A stretch of 64,000 nt of DNA, taken from NCBI GenBank assembly GCA_951406725.2, contig OX597815.1, positions 117,738,001 through 117,802,000 on the forward strand, in the 5' to 3' direction. The notes beneath the pieces were generated by a model, which saw only the letters and a list, made by a program, of their open reading frames with translations, did not search any database and was not told the origin of the DNA. The stretch comes from Octopus vulgaris (Eukaryota). Both the position numbers and the translations under genes were made by a program. This document shows positions 52,230 through 64,000 of this stretch, in pieces (within the stretch, counting starts at the first letter, position 1; every line of letters starts with the position of its first letter).

Positions 52230-52400
52230 CTCTTCTGAGTTTGTCGCATAGCATTTGTTGCTGGCAATGTAGTACCAGTGGCCAGCTGTTCAGAGTCAGT
52301 GGACTGAGGTGGTACCTTCATTTATCAAGCACTTTTCTAAATATTCTGGCAGTTCCGAGGAGTATTGTTTATAGTAAGTGTCCCATCATAGTGTTATCCC
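52230..52400 (-). mobile_element. Extreme 3' end of an R4/Dong-type LINE
   Basis: Minus-strand TILLGTARIFRKVLDK* matches the typical LLGTARILRKVL C-terminus. Confidence 0.6.
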
Positions 52401-53974
52401 TGATTTTAAAAAATACTTCTCATATTATCATTATTATTATTATCATTATTATTATTATTATTAAGCACAAGGTGCAATTCATTGAATCAAACACACTGAT
52501 ATTACTAACACCGATTCTCAAGAGAGAAAAAAATAACAAAATATTGAAATTAAATTCCAGTCGGATTCGTTAAATTGGATATATTAAAACATTCACCAAT
52601 GCATTTCTTTTGCTTTTTTTCTTTACCAGTGCGGTAGTATTAATGACAGAAGACATTAATCTTACAGCTCTCTATTTACCTTAAGTAAATTTCATTTCGG
52701 AACTTAGTCATAACCAACACCAGTGTTTCTTGCTGCTGTTTTAAACGAACCGTAAATCACAGCAGTTTAGCGCTTAAATAAAATGAAAAACTAGGATATG
52801 TTCTTATTACCCTGTGTCATCTCGAGAAAAGCCGACACATAAAAGTAGATAAAATTTATGAGCCTACGAATTACATTTAGTATTTAGAGTAATTTCCATG
52901 GTTTATGACATTAAAATATCAGGCGGCTATGTCACTGTCATTGTGATCAATATTTATCAGTCATTTTAGCAGTTTTTCCTTTTCTGCTCACCCAGAAACA
53001 GGACAGTGTCTTACTTTTTATGCTTTATTTTAGTTTATTATTATTATTTTTTTTATTGCAGGTTCTCTGATACTGGTTGGTAGAAAAGAGGAAGTTTTCC
53101 TTGAATAGCAGGCCCAGCCTGAATGCTCTGCGACAGAGTAAATTCAGTTAAAAGCATCAAGAAATTAGATGGCAGTGTTAAACGGATCGATGGATTTAGT
53201 CTCACTCAAAAGAAAAAGGCCCGGAACAAAAACTGCAAGATACTTCGCTCAACATTTTCATAATCACCCTGAACTGGTGACGATTTAACGACCCAAAAAT
53301 TGACCTCGGCTGTATTTGAACTCAGGGTGAGAGAGCCAGAGCAAATATCGCCAGACGTCTCATCCAACGTTGTAATATTGCATTCCAGCCATCACCCTGA
53401 AATAGTACTCTATTTATCGGCCCCGAAATGATTAAAAGCAAAGCTGACCCCGATTGTATTTGAATTTAAAGTACAGAGAGCAGGAACAAATACCTCACTC
53501 TCGCAATTTTGCTAATTTGCCATTGATGGGTAATAAAAATTATCCCAAGCTGCTAATATGATAAATTTTTGTTTCTATTCGTCTGTCTTCAATTCTCTCA
53601 TTTTTAATTATTTATTTATGTATGTAACATTTTGCCTTAAACATCCATGATTGTTTTCAGACTCTTAGTTAGACCTTCTTTAATACGTTCTGAATAGTAT
53701 AAAGCTTTCGTTTCATAAGTCTCAAGTTACTCTGGTGGTTGTAAAAAAGGGGAATGTATATCATATATGATGCATGAAATATATCCTGTATATCACATGT
53801 AATTTATAGGAAAAGCAAAAGGTTGAGGGATTAACTAAGTATATATATATATATATGTATGTATGTATGTATATGAAACGAGAAAATTATAGTATCTATA
53901 ATTTAAATACCTCAACAATGGATTAATGAAGCGATATTTTGACACATGTTCATAAGTATATATGGTGAAATATT

Positions 53975-54183
53975 GGTTTCAAATTTTGGCACAAAGCCAG
54001 CAAATTCAGGGGAGGGGTAAGTCGATTCCCCAGTCCTCAACTGGAACTTATTTTTACCGACTCCGAAAGTATGAAAGGCGAAGTCGACTTGGGCGGAATT
54101 TGAACTCAGAACGTAAAGACAGACGAAATGCCGCTAAGCATTTTGCCCGGCGTGCTAACGATTCTGCCAGCTCACCGCCCTAA
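53975..54183 (-). mobile_element. SINE family A monomer
   Basis: 15-bp TSD ATATGGTGAAATATT at 53960-53974 and 54184-54198. Confidence 0.9.
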
Positions 54184-54839
54184 ATATGGTGAAATATTAT
54201 TAAGAAATCGTGTAGGTAACATCTACTAAACCGTTCAGTCAGGTATTAGTAGTGCAAATGAAAATAATAGGCTTCAAATGAAGATTCAATAGAGAATCGG
54301 AAAACTTCTTGTAGATTCGGCTTTGACGGGAGTTTACCACTTAAGATATCTCCTAGAAGTGGTAAATTAGTTACTTAAAATTAAGTAGAAAACTATTAAG
54401 GACTATGATTTGGCAGCTTCAGTAAGATTGTTTATAAGATAAAAACCTAGCATATCGCTTTCAAAAAGTAGCGTTTTAGAAAATGGGCCAAAATGAAAAC
54501 TTGTCCAGTAAATTTAATGCGCCTCTCACACGTGTATGCAATATATATGCCTTTGTGTGTGTGTGTGTGTGAGGGTTGCTTGTACGTCGGTTTTACTTTG
54601 TTGTTAATCTAATATGATGATATTCAAAAAGATTTTTATGTTCAACATTTAACATTTTCAAGTAGTAAGTACGATGAATGTATATAATATGCTTATATCC
54701 AATACGGTTGCTGAGGTATCATATGTTTGTATGACAAGGCAATGTCTGTCTGTCTGGCAAGATGAGAATACCATTCAGCAGGTTCATACAACTAGCGTTT
54801 AACACCATGTTTAAGAATACACATATGAGCACATCGGTA

Positions 54840-55034
54840 CAAACCAAGGTGGAGAAAATAGTACTTTGAATACCACGGGTAGAGTAAATTATTGTTTTAT
54901 TTAGGCTAAAACGCCTTCACAAACTGTTAGTCAGAGTTTCAAGGAACCGATCGTTAATCATAACCGTCTGACGATCTTTTATGTGAAACTCTGATTAACA
55001 AATTCTGAAGTCTTTTCAGATTCAATAAAACAAT
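54840..55034 (-). mobile_element. Non-coding fold-back relative of the 37742-40304 PLE pLTR
   Basis: Inverted arms 54891-54940/54984-55034; CTGACGA(54968)...GAAACTCTGATTAAC; minus-strand tail TTACTCTACCCGTGGTATTCAAAGTACTATTTTCTCCACCTTG matches 40238-40279. Confidence 0.75.
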
Positions 55035-56699
55035 GTATATATATATATACATTTTGTTTTAATTAGGGTGGATCCAGTCCATCACCCTTCACTTTGTTCT
55101 TCATTTAAAAAAGAAATACAGTAGGAACATTGGAGTACCGACTGAATTCCAACGATTAATTTGATACGTCAATAAAGCAATTCTGTTCAATTATCTGATT
55201 TTTATGCATACACTTAACATATATTTTATCGAGGGCTTCACAACCTTACTGTTACCTAGAAACTACAACCTTTTAGTATATTTGCACTCACAATTCAGTT
55301 TTTATGTTAAAACAATTGTATCTATGTGATTGTCATATACCAACTGTTAATATATATATTTAGACCTGTGTTTCTCATGATGGGGCACGGGTTAATTCAG
55401 AAAGAGGTGTAACTAAGTCACGATTGAATAAAACTTGCAATAAATGTTTAATGAAAACTTCTTTTGAACAGATATATGGTGTGTACTTTTTTCTCTTCTT
55501 GGTGGAGTGCAAGTTCTTTTTGGGAAATAGACGTAGGGCGTGGGAAAACACTAAGTTAGACATAAAAATATGCATTTATTATGCATATACCTTTTACACA
55601 AGTATTAACTTCGTGTTGGTGTTGTAAATGTTGGTGGCGGTGATGATTATTTTATTTGAGAAGGCAGAAAGCAAGATTTGTAGAATTATGACTGAGATAA
55701 CGAGTGATACTTACCTTATCGATTTCGTGGGGAGGAATAAATGTTGATTCCGGCGGATATTCAGCGCCGGAATTGTGAAATGGGGAATATTGATAAATAA
55801 AACAACACATGAATTGTTCTATCAATTATACTACAAAGTAGTGGCGGGACTGGGGACCCAAATCTATAAAAGTGTAACCAAAGAATGTAAGATTATATTA
55901 TCGAAGAATTTTGCGATCAGCAAAACTAAATCTATGAAAAGTAACTAACAAGAGAGTACAGAAAGCGAACAATAAATAGGTATGCTCTAAATAATAGTGG
56001 TTTATGAAAGAAGGTCTAACGATGAAAATACAACTAAAGAATATCACTGCCAATATTAGGAATTCTCGTGAAGAATTCTTCTCCATCTTCTGATTAAATT
56101 GTTACTAATGTTTTTATATCAACAAACACACGCACCAATGTGAGTGTGTCGTTGAAACGGGACAAACGTCCTTCTGCTTTCTGGTTACTAACTCAATTCC
56201 AGTGCAATGGGATGCAATCAGAATTATGTTGCTGACCAGGTCAGACAACGTGTAACACTTCACGGAATATAGAAGATGAGATAAATAAAAACTGGAATAT
56301 AACAGTTTATTTAATCTAAAACGGGAAAGATTCACGAGGTATTTGATGTATGTGTGTGTATAAAGTGGAGAGGGGAGTATATATGCAGGGTGTCTATTTA
56401 TTTAGATATATATGTGTAAATATAGACGGAAACAGTTGTTATCAATGCTGACGATAAAATGATCGTAAATCTATCCACACAGAAATTACAGAGTCGATGA
56501 ATACATGCATGTATATTACATGTAAATATATGTATGTGTATGTAAGGCTATAACTATACAACACATTTTTACTCATAAACACATGTATACATAAGCACAC
56601 ACACACACACATATATATATATACATACATATATAACCAGATTTTACATGAGAAGGACTCTTCTGTCGTCAGACGACGTATGAAAGTTCGTTCGATAAT

Positions 56700-56921
56700 T
56701 TCTTACCGAACAACCACACAGATGGTTTGATTATAGACATAAGCTCACTCTCTCCATCAGATCGACACTACCTGTACAAGTGCAACGGGTGCCACACGTC
56801 AGATGTCGAAATGATCGCAGAGCAGCGTGAAATGAAGTGCGTTGCTCAAGAACACAACGCAATGCCCGGTCTGGGAATCGAACCCACGATCTCGCAATCG
56901 TGAGTGCAACACCTTTACCCA

Positions 56922-56922
<1 letters not shown>
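56700..56922 (-). mobile_element. CORE-like SINE (family C, tail type 4)
   Basis: GGTTCGATTCCC B-box and TTGTGTTCTTGAGCAAC on the minus strand. Confidence 0.85.
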
Positions 56923-56968
<46 letters not shown>

Positions 56969-57039
56969 AGAGTGTGTGTTTATGTATATATAGTGTTTAT
57001 ATATATAACTATACAACACATTTTTACACAGACACATAT

Positions 57040-57097
<58 letters not shown>

Positions 57098-57272
57098 CCA
57101 GATTGTATATATATTTGCACTGCAGCTGTGCCTACGCATACCCTTTTAAGCATAGTTGCTTATATTGGTCTCAATGCTTATTTCGATCTGTCATTTACTT
57201 TACCGAGCTCTATTTGTCGGAACTCTAGTTCACAACATAACCCACACCGATGTAAGCATAAACACAAACACA

Positions 57273-57334
<62 letters not shown>

Positions 57335-58244
57335 CACTCATACATGCACATACAAACCCACATAAAAAAAACACTATATATATACTTATATATTAACACT
57401 ATATATACATATATACGTACGTACATATATATATATATATAACAGGCATAAAACACTACACACACATATATATTTGTTCGAAGCTAATGATTCAATCCCT
57501 TGATACTTCGAGTTTCATGCTTGTAAACATTCGTTCAAGCGAATTTGTTTCAAATAAGCTTAAAAACGAAACTCTGAGTTCCAACGAAATGAATTATAAA
57601 CTTCGAACGAAAAACAAATAAAATATAACTGTACTCCACGTATTCAGTAACTGGTCTCCCGTTCGTATACCTAAACGTGCGCATATACATACATTATATA
57701 TATACATACATATATATATATACATACATATGTTGCTGACATACACCAAATGTAATCTCTTTCTTAAATGCATATGAATATTATTTTTGTTAAATTTTAT
57801 ACTCGTAATTTGATGTGTTTTTAAAGATGTTTATTTCTTTCTTTTTTATCATTTTTTTTAAAGATTTGTTAACTAAACTTTATCCTTTCATCTTCATACG
57901 AAAATATATAAAAGCAACACAATTCTGAAAAATATTGCTGTACTTTTCTTTTCTTTCCATTCAGTATTTCTTAAGGCGATTTACTGTCCCTTTCAGTTCG
58001 GAGACAAAGAAAAAAAAAAAAATAATATTAATAAAAGAGAAAAATTAATGGGAAAAAAAATCAACAAAAACCTAATAACTCCCAATGTTTCAACATTTTT
58101 TTCTCCCATTCTGTTTTCAGTTTCTTTTTATCTGTTAACGTTTATTTCTTTTCGTCATTTTTTTGTTTGTTCGGTAATCACTTTTCTATTGCTTAGAAGA
58201 TTGTTACCACGATATATCTTTCTTGTTTATACATACATACATAC

Positions 58245-58294
<50 letters not shown>

Positions 58295-58434
58295 TCCAAG
58301 CTATATGTTAGTTTTTTTATTCTTACATTTTTTTTAACGTCCATTTGTTTTTATATGCCAACTGCTATGGTTTGTTCAAAATATGTTTCTTGAAAATATG
58401 TATTTTTACTGTTTAATCGGACTAGTTTATACAG

Positions 58435-59457
58435 TTACTTATACTGCTCAGTAGCGGAGTCTTCCGACAGCTCAGAACTACTTGAATGTTTCATTTCACT
58501 TGGGAGCGTACTTTTGAACGCACAAGCGGCATTCCCGCTATTGTCTGTGCGTTCCAGTTTAGTAACATGAACGAAACAACAAGGCTGCGATATGTCTGTT
58601 TTTCTGGGAGCTTTGAATTTCTTATTTTTCGGTTTCTGTTCTTTCTTTTTGTTTTTCTTCGACCGGCTTAAGTTAAGGATGTCGTCATTAGGGTCAGAGG
58701 TTAACTGTCGTAAAACTTCGTAGAACTGAGCCGCTGCCTCAGTGTCATCAAAGCTGAGGCCCGCTAATTTCGTATGGTCGATAGAGATGTGCAAGGTGTG
58801 GAAACTCGAACTTGGAGCGCTATATTTTGTCAAATGATCTATTACATCTTTCCACATCACAAAACCCGTTCCTTTTTCAGCAAGAATGAAATGTAGTCTT
58901 CTTTTCCGGTGATGTTCGCCAGTGTCTAGCACTAACAGCGGTATACCTGTCATGGCATATTCCCATTGATCACATTCGGATGACTGGCGCACAGAGCCGA
59001 AGTATAAATTTGCTTGACAGTGGCAAACAAATACTTCAGTCTTGTGACTTTTATAAAACATTTCAACTTGAAGGAGATCGTGCTCTGATAGAGTTTCTGA
59101 AACACCTGTGCTTGATGTGCTTGCTGTCGAGGGCGGCACATCAGAAATATCGGAAGATGCGTCGGACATGGGTGTTTTTTTCATATTATTTCTCGTATTA
59201 TCACACTGCGACAACATTTTACCTAATGAGTCATACTTTTCTGTAATGCGTCGAATGCCGTCTCTAATTTGGTCGGGTGCAACTTTCTGGTGTGGGTTGT
59301 TTTTTAGAATCCTTTCTGTTGAGCAATAGAGTGGTGTTTCACCACTTCTATTTAATTTCTGCTGCTGCTTTACGGCAGCAGCAGCGGCCAAAAGACTACT
59401 CTCAGTGTTACGATCTGAGGCTTCTTCTTTAATCATGTACAAATGACCAGCATCCAT
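58435..59457 (-). CDS. WH1/EVH1-domain protein with a basic tract and CRIB-like motif (MESR3-like, WASP-type N-terminal architecture), 340 aa, intronless CDS
   Basis: Long non-repetitive ORF with an in-frame TAA five codons upstream of the ATG. W..TGIPLLVLDTG...ILAEKGTGFVMWKDVID...FHTL...AGLSFDDTEAAAQFY is EVH1-like. A Lys-rich segment precedes DISQPCCFVHVT (CRIB consensus ISxPxxFxHxxH). Confidence 0.88.
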   Translation of the reverse strand: MDAGHLYMIKEEASDRNTESSLLAAAAAVKQQQKLNRSGETPLYCSTERILKNNPHQKVAPDQIRDGIRRITEKYDSLGKMLSQCDNTRNNMKKTPMSDASSDISDVPPSTASTSSTGVSETLSEHDLLQVEMFYKSHKTEVFVCHCQANLYFGSVRQSSECDQWEYAMTGIPLLVLDTGEHHRKRRLHFILAEKGTGFVMWKDVIDHLTKYSAPSSSFHTLHISIDHTKLAGLSFDDTEAAAQFYEVLRQLTSDPNDDILNLSRSKKNKKKEQKPKNKKFKAPRKTDISQPCCFVHVTKLERTDNSGNAACAFKSTLPSEMKHSSSSELSEDSATEQYK

Positions 59458-59710
59458 GTTTAAACTTACTTAAATTCTATGATAAACTGACCACGTAAAT
59501 ATGGTGATACAGCATTATGGATTGTATAGGAATAATGTAAAGTGGGGGAAGGGTTGATATAATGATTTGCGTATATGAAAGATGATTAAATGGATATGTA
59601 TGTGGGACTATGTGTATGAGTGGTTGTGTAAGCACGTGTGTTATATATGTATATTTGGATTAATATTTAAATAAATCAAAGTCGTAGACTTCCGAGTGAA
59701 TTTCTGGAAC

Positions 59711-59730
59711 CTGAAAAGAGAAAAGAAAAT
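59711..59730 (-). promoter_or_regulatory. Probable 3' splice acceptor for the exon holding the 340-aa CDS
   Basis: Minus strand TTTTCTTTTCTCTTTTCAG|GTT, 253 nt upstream of the ATG. Confidence 0.65.
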
Positions 59731-60336
59731 AGTATTAGTATAAATTCAAGCAAAGAAAAAAAAATAGCAGAAAGAATGTACTTTTACATATGAAAATGGA
59801 AAAGTAATTTTATAGATAAAACTGAGTTTCTGAAAGAAATTATTTCATAACACAAACTGAAAAATATGATAACAATATTCACGTTTGCCTTTTATATTGT
59901 TTCCATTTGAAATAATACCGTGTATATAATACATTACATGCATAACTCATAGGATGAGCATGTACGCGCGTTTCTTTACATTAGATCGTAATTCAAAAGC
60001 ATCGAGATATATGAAAAAGTCTCGAGTGTAGCTATTTCTCAATATATAGGACAAAAAAAAACCTTTTAAAACAGAAAATAGTGGAGGAGGGGGCGGGGGG
60101 CATCTGCAAATAGGGCCCGAACAGTGTGTGAGACGATCGTGATACTATTACACAAAAGCGACTCCCCGACTTACAGTCGTCCGAATTGGAAGCTTTAATC
60201 TTAGAATTGAAAAACAAAGTTTGTCTATAGTTATATCGTTATGGTATAACACTGAGATATACGAAAATAAACCTCTTTTAAAAAGTAGCTCGAATGCTAC
60301 TTTTATACTATATACATACTATATTACTACATTTAT

Positions 60337-60367
<31 letters not shown>

Positions 60368-60941
60368 CATAAATGTTTGAACAGAAAAAGCAGGCCACCG
60401 CCATTTTGTTTTTCTTTTGGCAAAATACTAGCTTTTTTTTCAAATAATCATCGCCAGTGAATATCTTGGATTTTACCATTTCCGAAAAAGCAGAATCTAT
60501 TCCTGTATAATCTGAAATCAGAACCACAGGAATCGAAATAATCGCATAAATAAATATGGTAATGCAGTTAATTAGCTCTCTGCTACATACACTATATCTA
60601 CCACTCACCCTGTATACATATATATATATACATTGCACTCATACATACAAGTTGATTCGAACGTATGGTGCTTATCTCCGGTTACCGTAATACTAATGGA
60701 TAAGACACAGATCTCTTCAAGATAGAATGGTAGTCTATTATGAGTTAACTCTCCAAAAGGTGAACACATATCTTAACAGTTAAGTAGACTAGCGTCTGGC
60801 TGTGTACGTAAACAAGTTTGTATAGCTAAAATTACTTTCTGCGTATGTTCACACCACACATGTCTTAATAACAGCAATAAAACAAACAAACAAACAAGGT
60901 AAGTCTATAGAGCTTCGACATTTCACCTTTGGAGAACTTTA

Positions 60942-61362
60942 GGATCTTTTCGGTTTGAACGGCAGTTTTTTCTAACGGTGTCATATGAAATTGTCACCCA
61001 TAATTATGACCCTAGTATCGATCTATTGCATTTCAATCTGTTTTAGGGTTAGGGTTAGTTAGGGGTGGGGGAAGGGTATCTTTTTTTCTTCACAAATGTA
61101 AATAAACCCAATCTGTTTCTTAAACGAGGGACATATTCATACGGCACAAAATGTTTTTTACCTCAATAGACGTCAGTGATTGGTTGAAATTGCAGAAATT
61201 GAAGAAAAAGAACAATATCTTACAAACTATAAAATTTTCTCAATAAAGCCAAGAGAAAAAAGATGTTTCATAAACACATTCTACCAGTATACGAAGTTTA
61301 AAATTTTTTAGTTACCTAGAAATTATGTTAAAACTGCCGTTCAGTTAAAACCGAAAAGATCC
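60942..61362. mobile_element. Merlin-like MITE
   Basis: TIRs GGATCTTTTCGGTTT-GAACGGCAGTTTT / AAAACTGCCGTTC-(small insert)-AAACCGAAAAGATCC; 8-bp TSD GAACTTTA/GAACTATA; GG termini. Confidence 0.75.
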
Positions 61363-61914
61363 GAACTATACATTGACCAACCTTTGTGGTTAATAAAGAA
61401 ATCCTACGCGAACAGGATTGACCTTCGGTTAAACAACAACGTACCTCACATAAAACCTAAGTAGTAACCTACAAGTCGGTAACAAATCACAAGATGCGTA
61501 GTGGTAAATGGCTAATGTTCCTTAGAGTAAACAAGTACCCATCTCATCAAATGTAAACAAAATCTGGTACAGACTGAAGAGTAATGACCTGTTTGTCAAT
61601 AAGACATTAACACCATATGCCACTGCATCATACTGAGTTTGGATGCTTAGCTGAATTCAGTAGCGGCCAGGCTTGTTTAAACTTGAGATCAGGTATAAAT
61701 TAAAAACAAAAATCTCAAATCACTTGTGCTCTTGAAATTCGACCGAGTAAACTGACACACAGAAATAATGTAACTTTTTTCTATAATTCTTACACAAAAT
61801 TAAATCTTAAGCGACCTAAATAGTCCGTTATTAGTTTTAGATTACGAATTTCTTTTCTACGAATTTAAAAGAAAAAAGCGATTAAACATATATACATTTT
61901 GCACAAATATATAT

Positions 61915-62216
61915 GTGTTTGTTCCTTCTCGAGCCATGCCTGGCTCATAAGGACCGGTTTCCCGGTTCCTTGGCGCATAGGTTCCTCACCTGGACGGGAC
62001 GCCGGTCCGTCGCAGATGGGCTGCAAGATGCAGGAGGAAAGAGTGAGAGAAAGTTGTGGCGGAAGAGTCAGCAGAAGTTCGCCATTACCTTATGCTGGAG
62101 CCGCGTGGAGCTTAGGTGTTTCGCTCATAAACACACACATCGTCCGGTCTGAGATTCGAACCTGCGATCCCTCGACTGCGAGTCCACTGCTCTAACCACT
62201 AGGCCATGTGCCTCCA
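61915..62216 (-). mobile_element. tRNA-derived SINE (family C-related, tail type 3)
   Basis: Minus strand GGAGGCACATGGCCTAGTGGTTAGAGC...GGTTCGAATC head; CTGCGACGGACCGGCGTCCCGTCCAGG block. Confidence 0.85.
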
Positions 62217-62301
62217 CAAAGATATATATGTGTATGTGTTTGTGTGCATCACGCACGAACGCGCACACACACACACATGCACACACACGCACACACACAC
62301 A

Positions 62302-62366
<65 letters not shown>

Positions 62367-63913
62367 AAATGTACAGTTTTATACAGGATGTAAATGCCAT
62401 CGTGTCGTGAAAGAGAATGTTGGATTTCTGGTCATTAGGTCAAAGTCGACATCATTTATAACTTATTATTTTACAAGAAAAGTACGACTTTTAATTGCTA
62501 CCGAAATAATTGATACTGAAAAGAATAATACAAGATTAACTTTTAACGTTAAGCCCAAATACAAACAGAATGATACACTGTAAAGACGGTTGCGATTTGA
62601 AATGAAACATATAGGTGAACTACTTTTTTTTTTCTAACGTGCGCATCAACTTAAAGACGAGAGTTTTGGCAATGGTCCATGCACACTCAGTGAATGTTAA
62701 ATTCCATGAAAAACTGACACACAATAATACTGCTTTTCTACATCTGACACATTATACAGTAATCTTAATCATTAATCCGATTCTTGTTTCGTGAAGACAA
62801 AGAACGGGTAATTACACAATCAACAAACATGTAAGTATAGTGTAAAGTAAATAGTCACTAAGACACGTGCACGTGTTCTTCTACCTCCATATGCACTATC
62901 ATATGTACATTTTGGCTTCTTGGGGATTATGTTCTTGCTCAGGTCACCATACGCATACATAAATTAATCAAATTCATACTTAAAATGAGATACATTCATA
63001 TATATATATATTTACACAAACATACATCAACTAGCTAAAAGTAAATAACGAAAATTACATTGACATCTATCAGTCAATGATCGTGTTAGTGTGAAATGGT
63101 GTTGAGTGACATTGGCACACATATCATGATATTAAGTGACGTCTACCTTACACCTGATAGCTCAGACATGCTTTTCTTCCTGAGTATACAGTGCAGGTAA
63201 CTGTACGCTGTTGAGACGGTAACAGTATAATTAACGCTACTTACAGCAGTTTAATGTTGTCATTGATTCAATCGAGTTGTTAGGTGGAGTCGGTTTGTTT
63301 TAACAAAGTCTGATTCTCGACATTCTAATGGTTTTAGCACATTCACCATTAATGTATGAATTTACATATGAATGTATATAACTTCAAGCGCATGTATGTA
63401 CGTGTGATTGTATACACACACACACACATATATAATACTCTCTCTATATATATATATATTATACACACACATACACACACACTCTCTCTCTCTCTCTCTC
63501 TCTCTCTGCATATATGTATGCATGTATGTATGTATGTATGTATGTATGTATGTATGTATGTATGTATGTATGTATGTATGTATGTATGTATGTATAAAGA
63601 TTCACACTCTCTATAACTAATGTCTGTTTGTCTCAGATCATGAATGATCTGCATACATTAGTCTTCTCAGAAGATAAAACGCGTTTGTGTAACCAAACGA
63701 TACGCAAACATATTTTATCAGGTGTTGGATCTACTTATCAATATCTCTGATAGATGTCTACTCAGATATTGAAAGTTTTGTGTCTATATATGATTCAATC
63801 AAATCAAAAGGCTTTTTTTTTCTTATTGCTTTTAAAATGATTCAACAACGACTTCGAGTTAGGACGACAAATATACAGCTCCGAACGAGTGTTTAGAATA
63901 AAACCATTTCATA

Positions 63914-64000
63914 CAGGGTGCAGTGAATAAACTGTCGTCTAAATTACGCAAAAATGAAAATAACATTGACATTTCATTTTAACAGATATATTTACCGAAA
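63914..64000 (+). mobile_element. Possible Tc1/mariner TIR start (runs off the window)
   Basis: TA-CAGGGTG... terminus; partner end not visible. Confidence 0.4.

Noticed and set aside
56665-56677. GTCGTC-A-GACGAC palindrome containing CTGACGA on the minus strand
   Set aside because: Only 6-bp arms and no downstream stem II/GAAA; compatible with chance
61043-61071. Interstitial telomere or chromosome-fusion scar
   Set aside because: Only about three TTAGGG units, lying inside a TIR-bounded MITE

Overview
AT-rich, microsatellite-dense eukaryotic genomic DNA, most likely a cephalopod (octopus-like). This is inferred from the SINE complement and repeat landscape and was not checked against a database. 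Only one convincing host gene is visible: an intronless 340-aa WH1/EVH1 + CRIB-like ORF on the minus strand (58435-59457) that resembles Drosophila MESR3-type proteins. Nearly all other ORFs in the track are translated simple repeats or SINEs. The rest is mobile DNA: three abundant tRNA-derived SINE families, R4/Dong-type LINE 3' fragments, two short bipartite RTE-like retroposons with TSDs, Tc1/mariner and Merlin-like MITEs, a hAT remnant and a ~0.93-kb tandem triplication. The most notable structure is a Penelope-like element (37742-40304) with a GIY-YIG endonuclease ORF between ~850-bp inverted pseudo-LTRs, each carrying a minimal type I hammerhead ribozyme. At least six further short, non-coding fold-back elements sit in or next to (TA)n. 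They carry hammerhead cores and/or the same 3' tail hairpin, and several fold back around a single-nucleotide loop. All alignments and folds were done by eye; boundaries of degenerate repeats are approximate.
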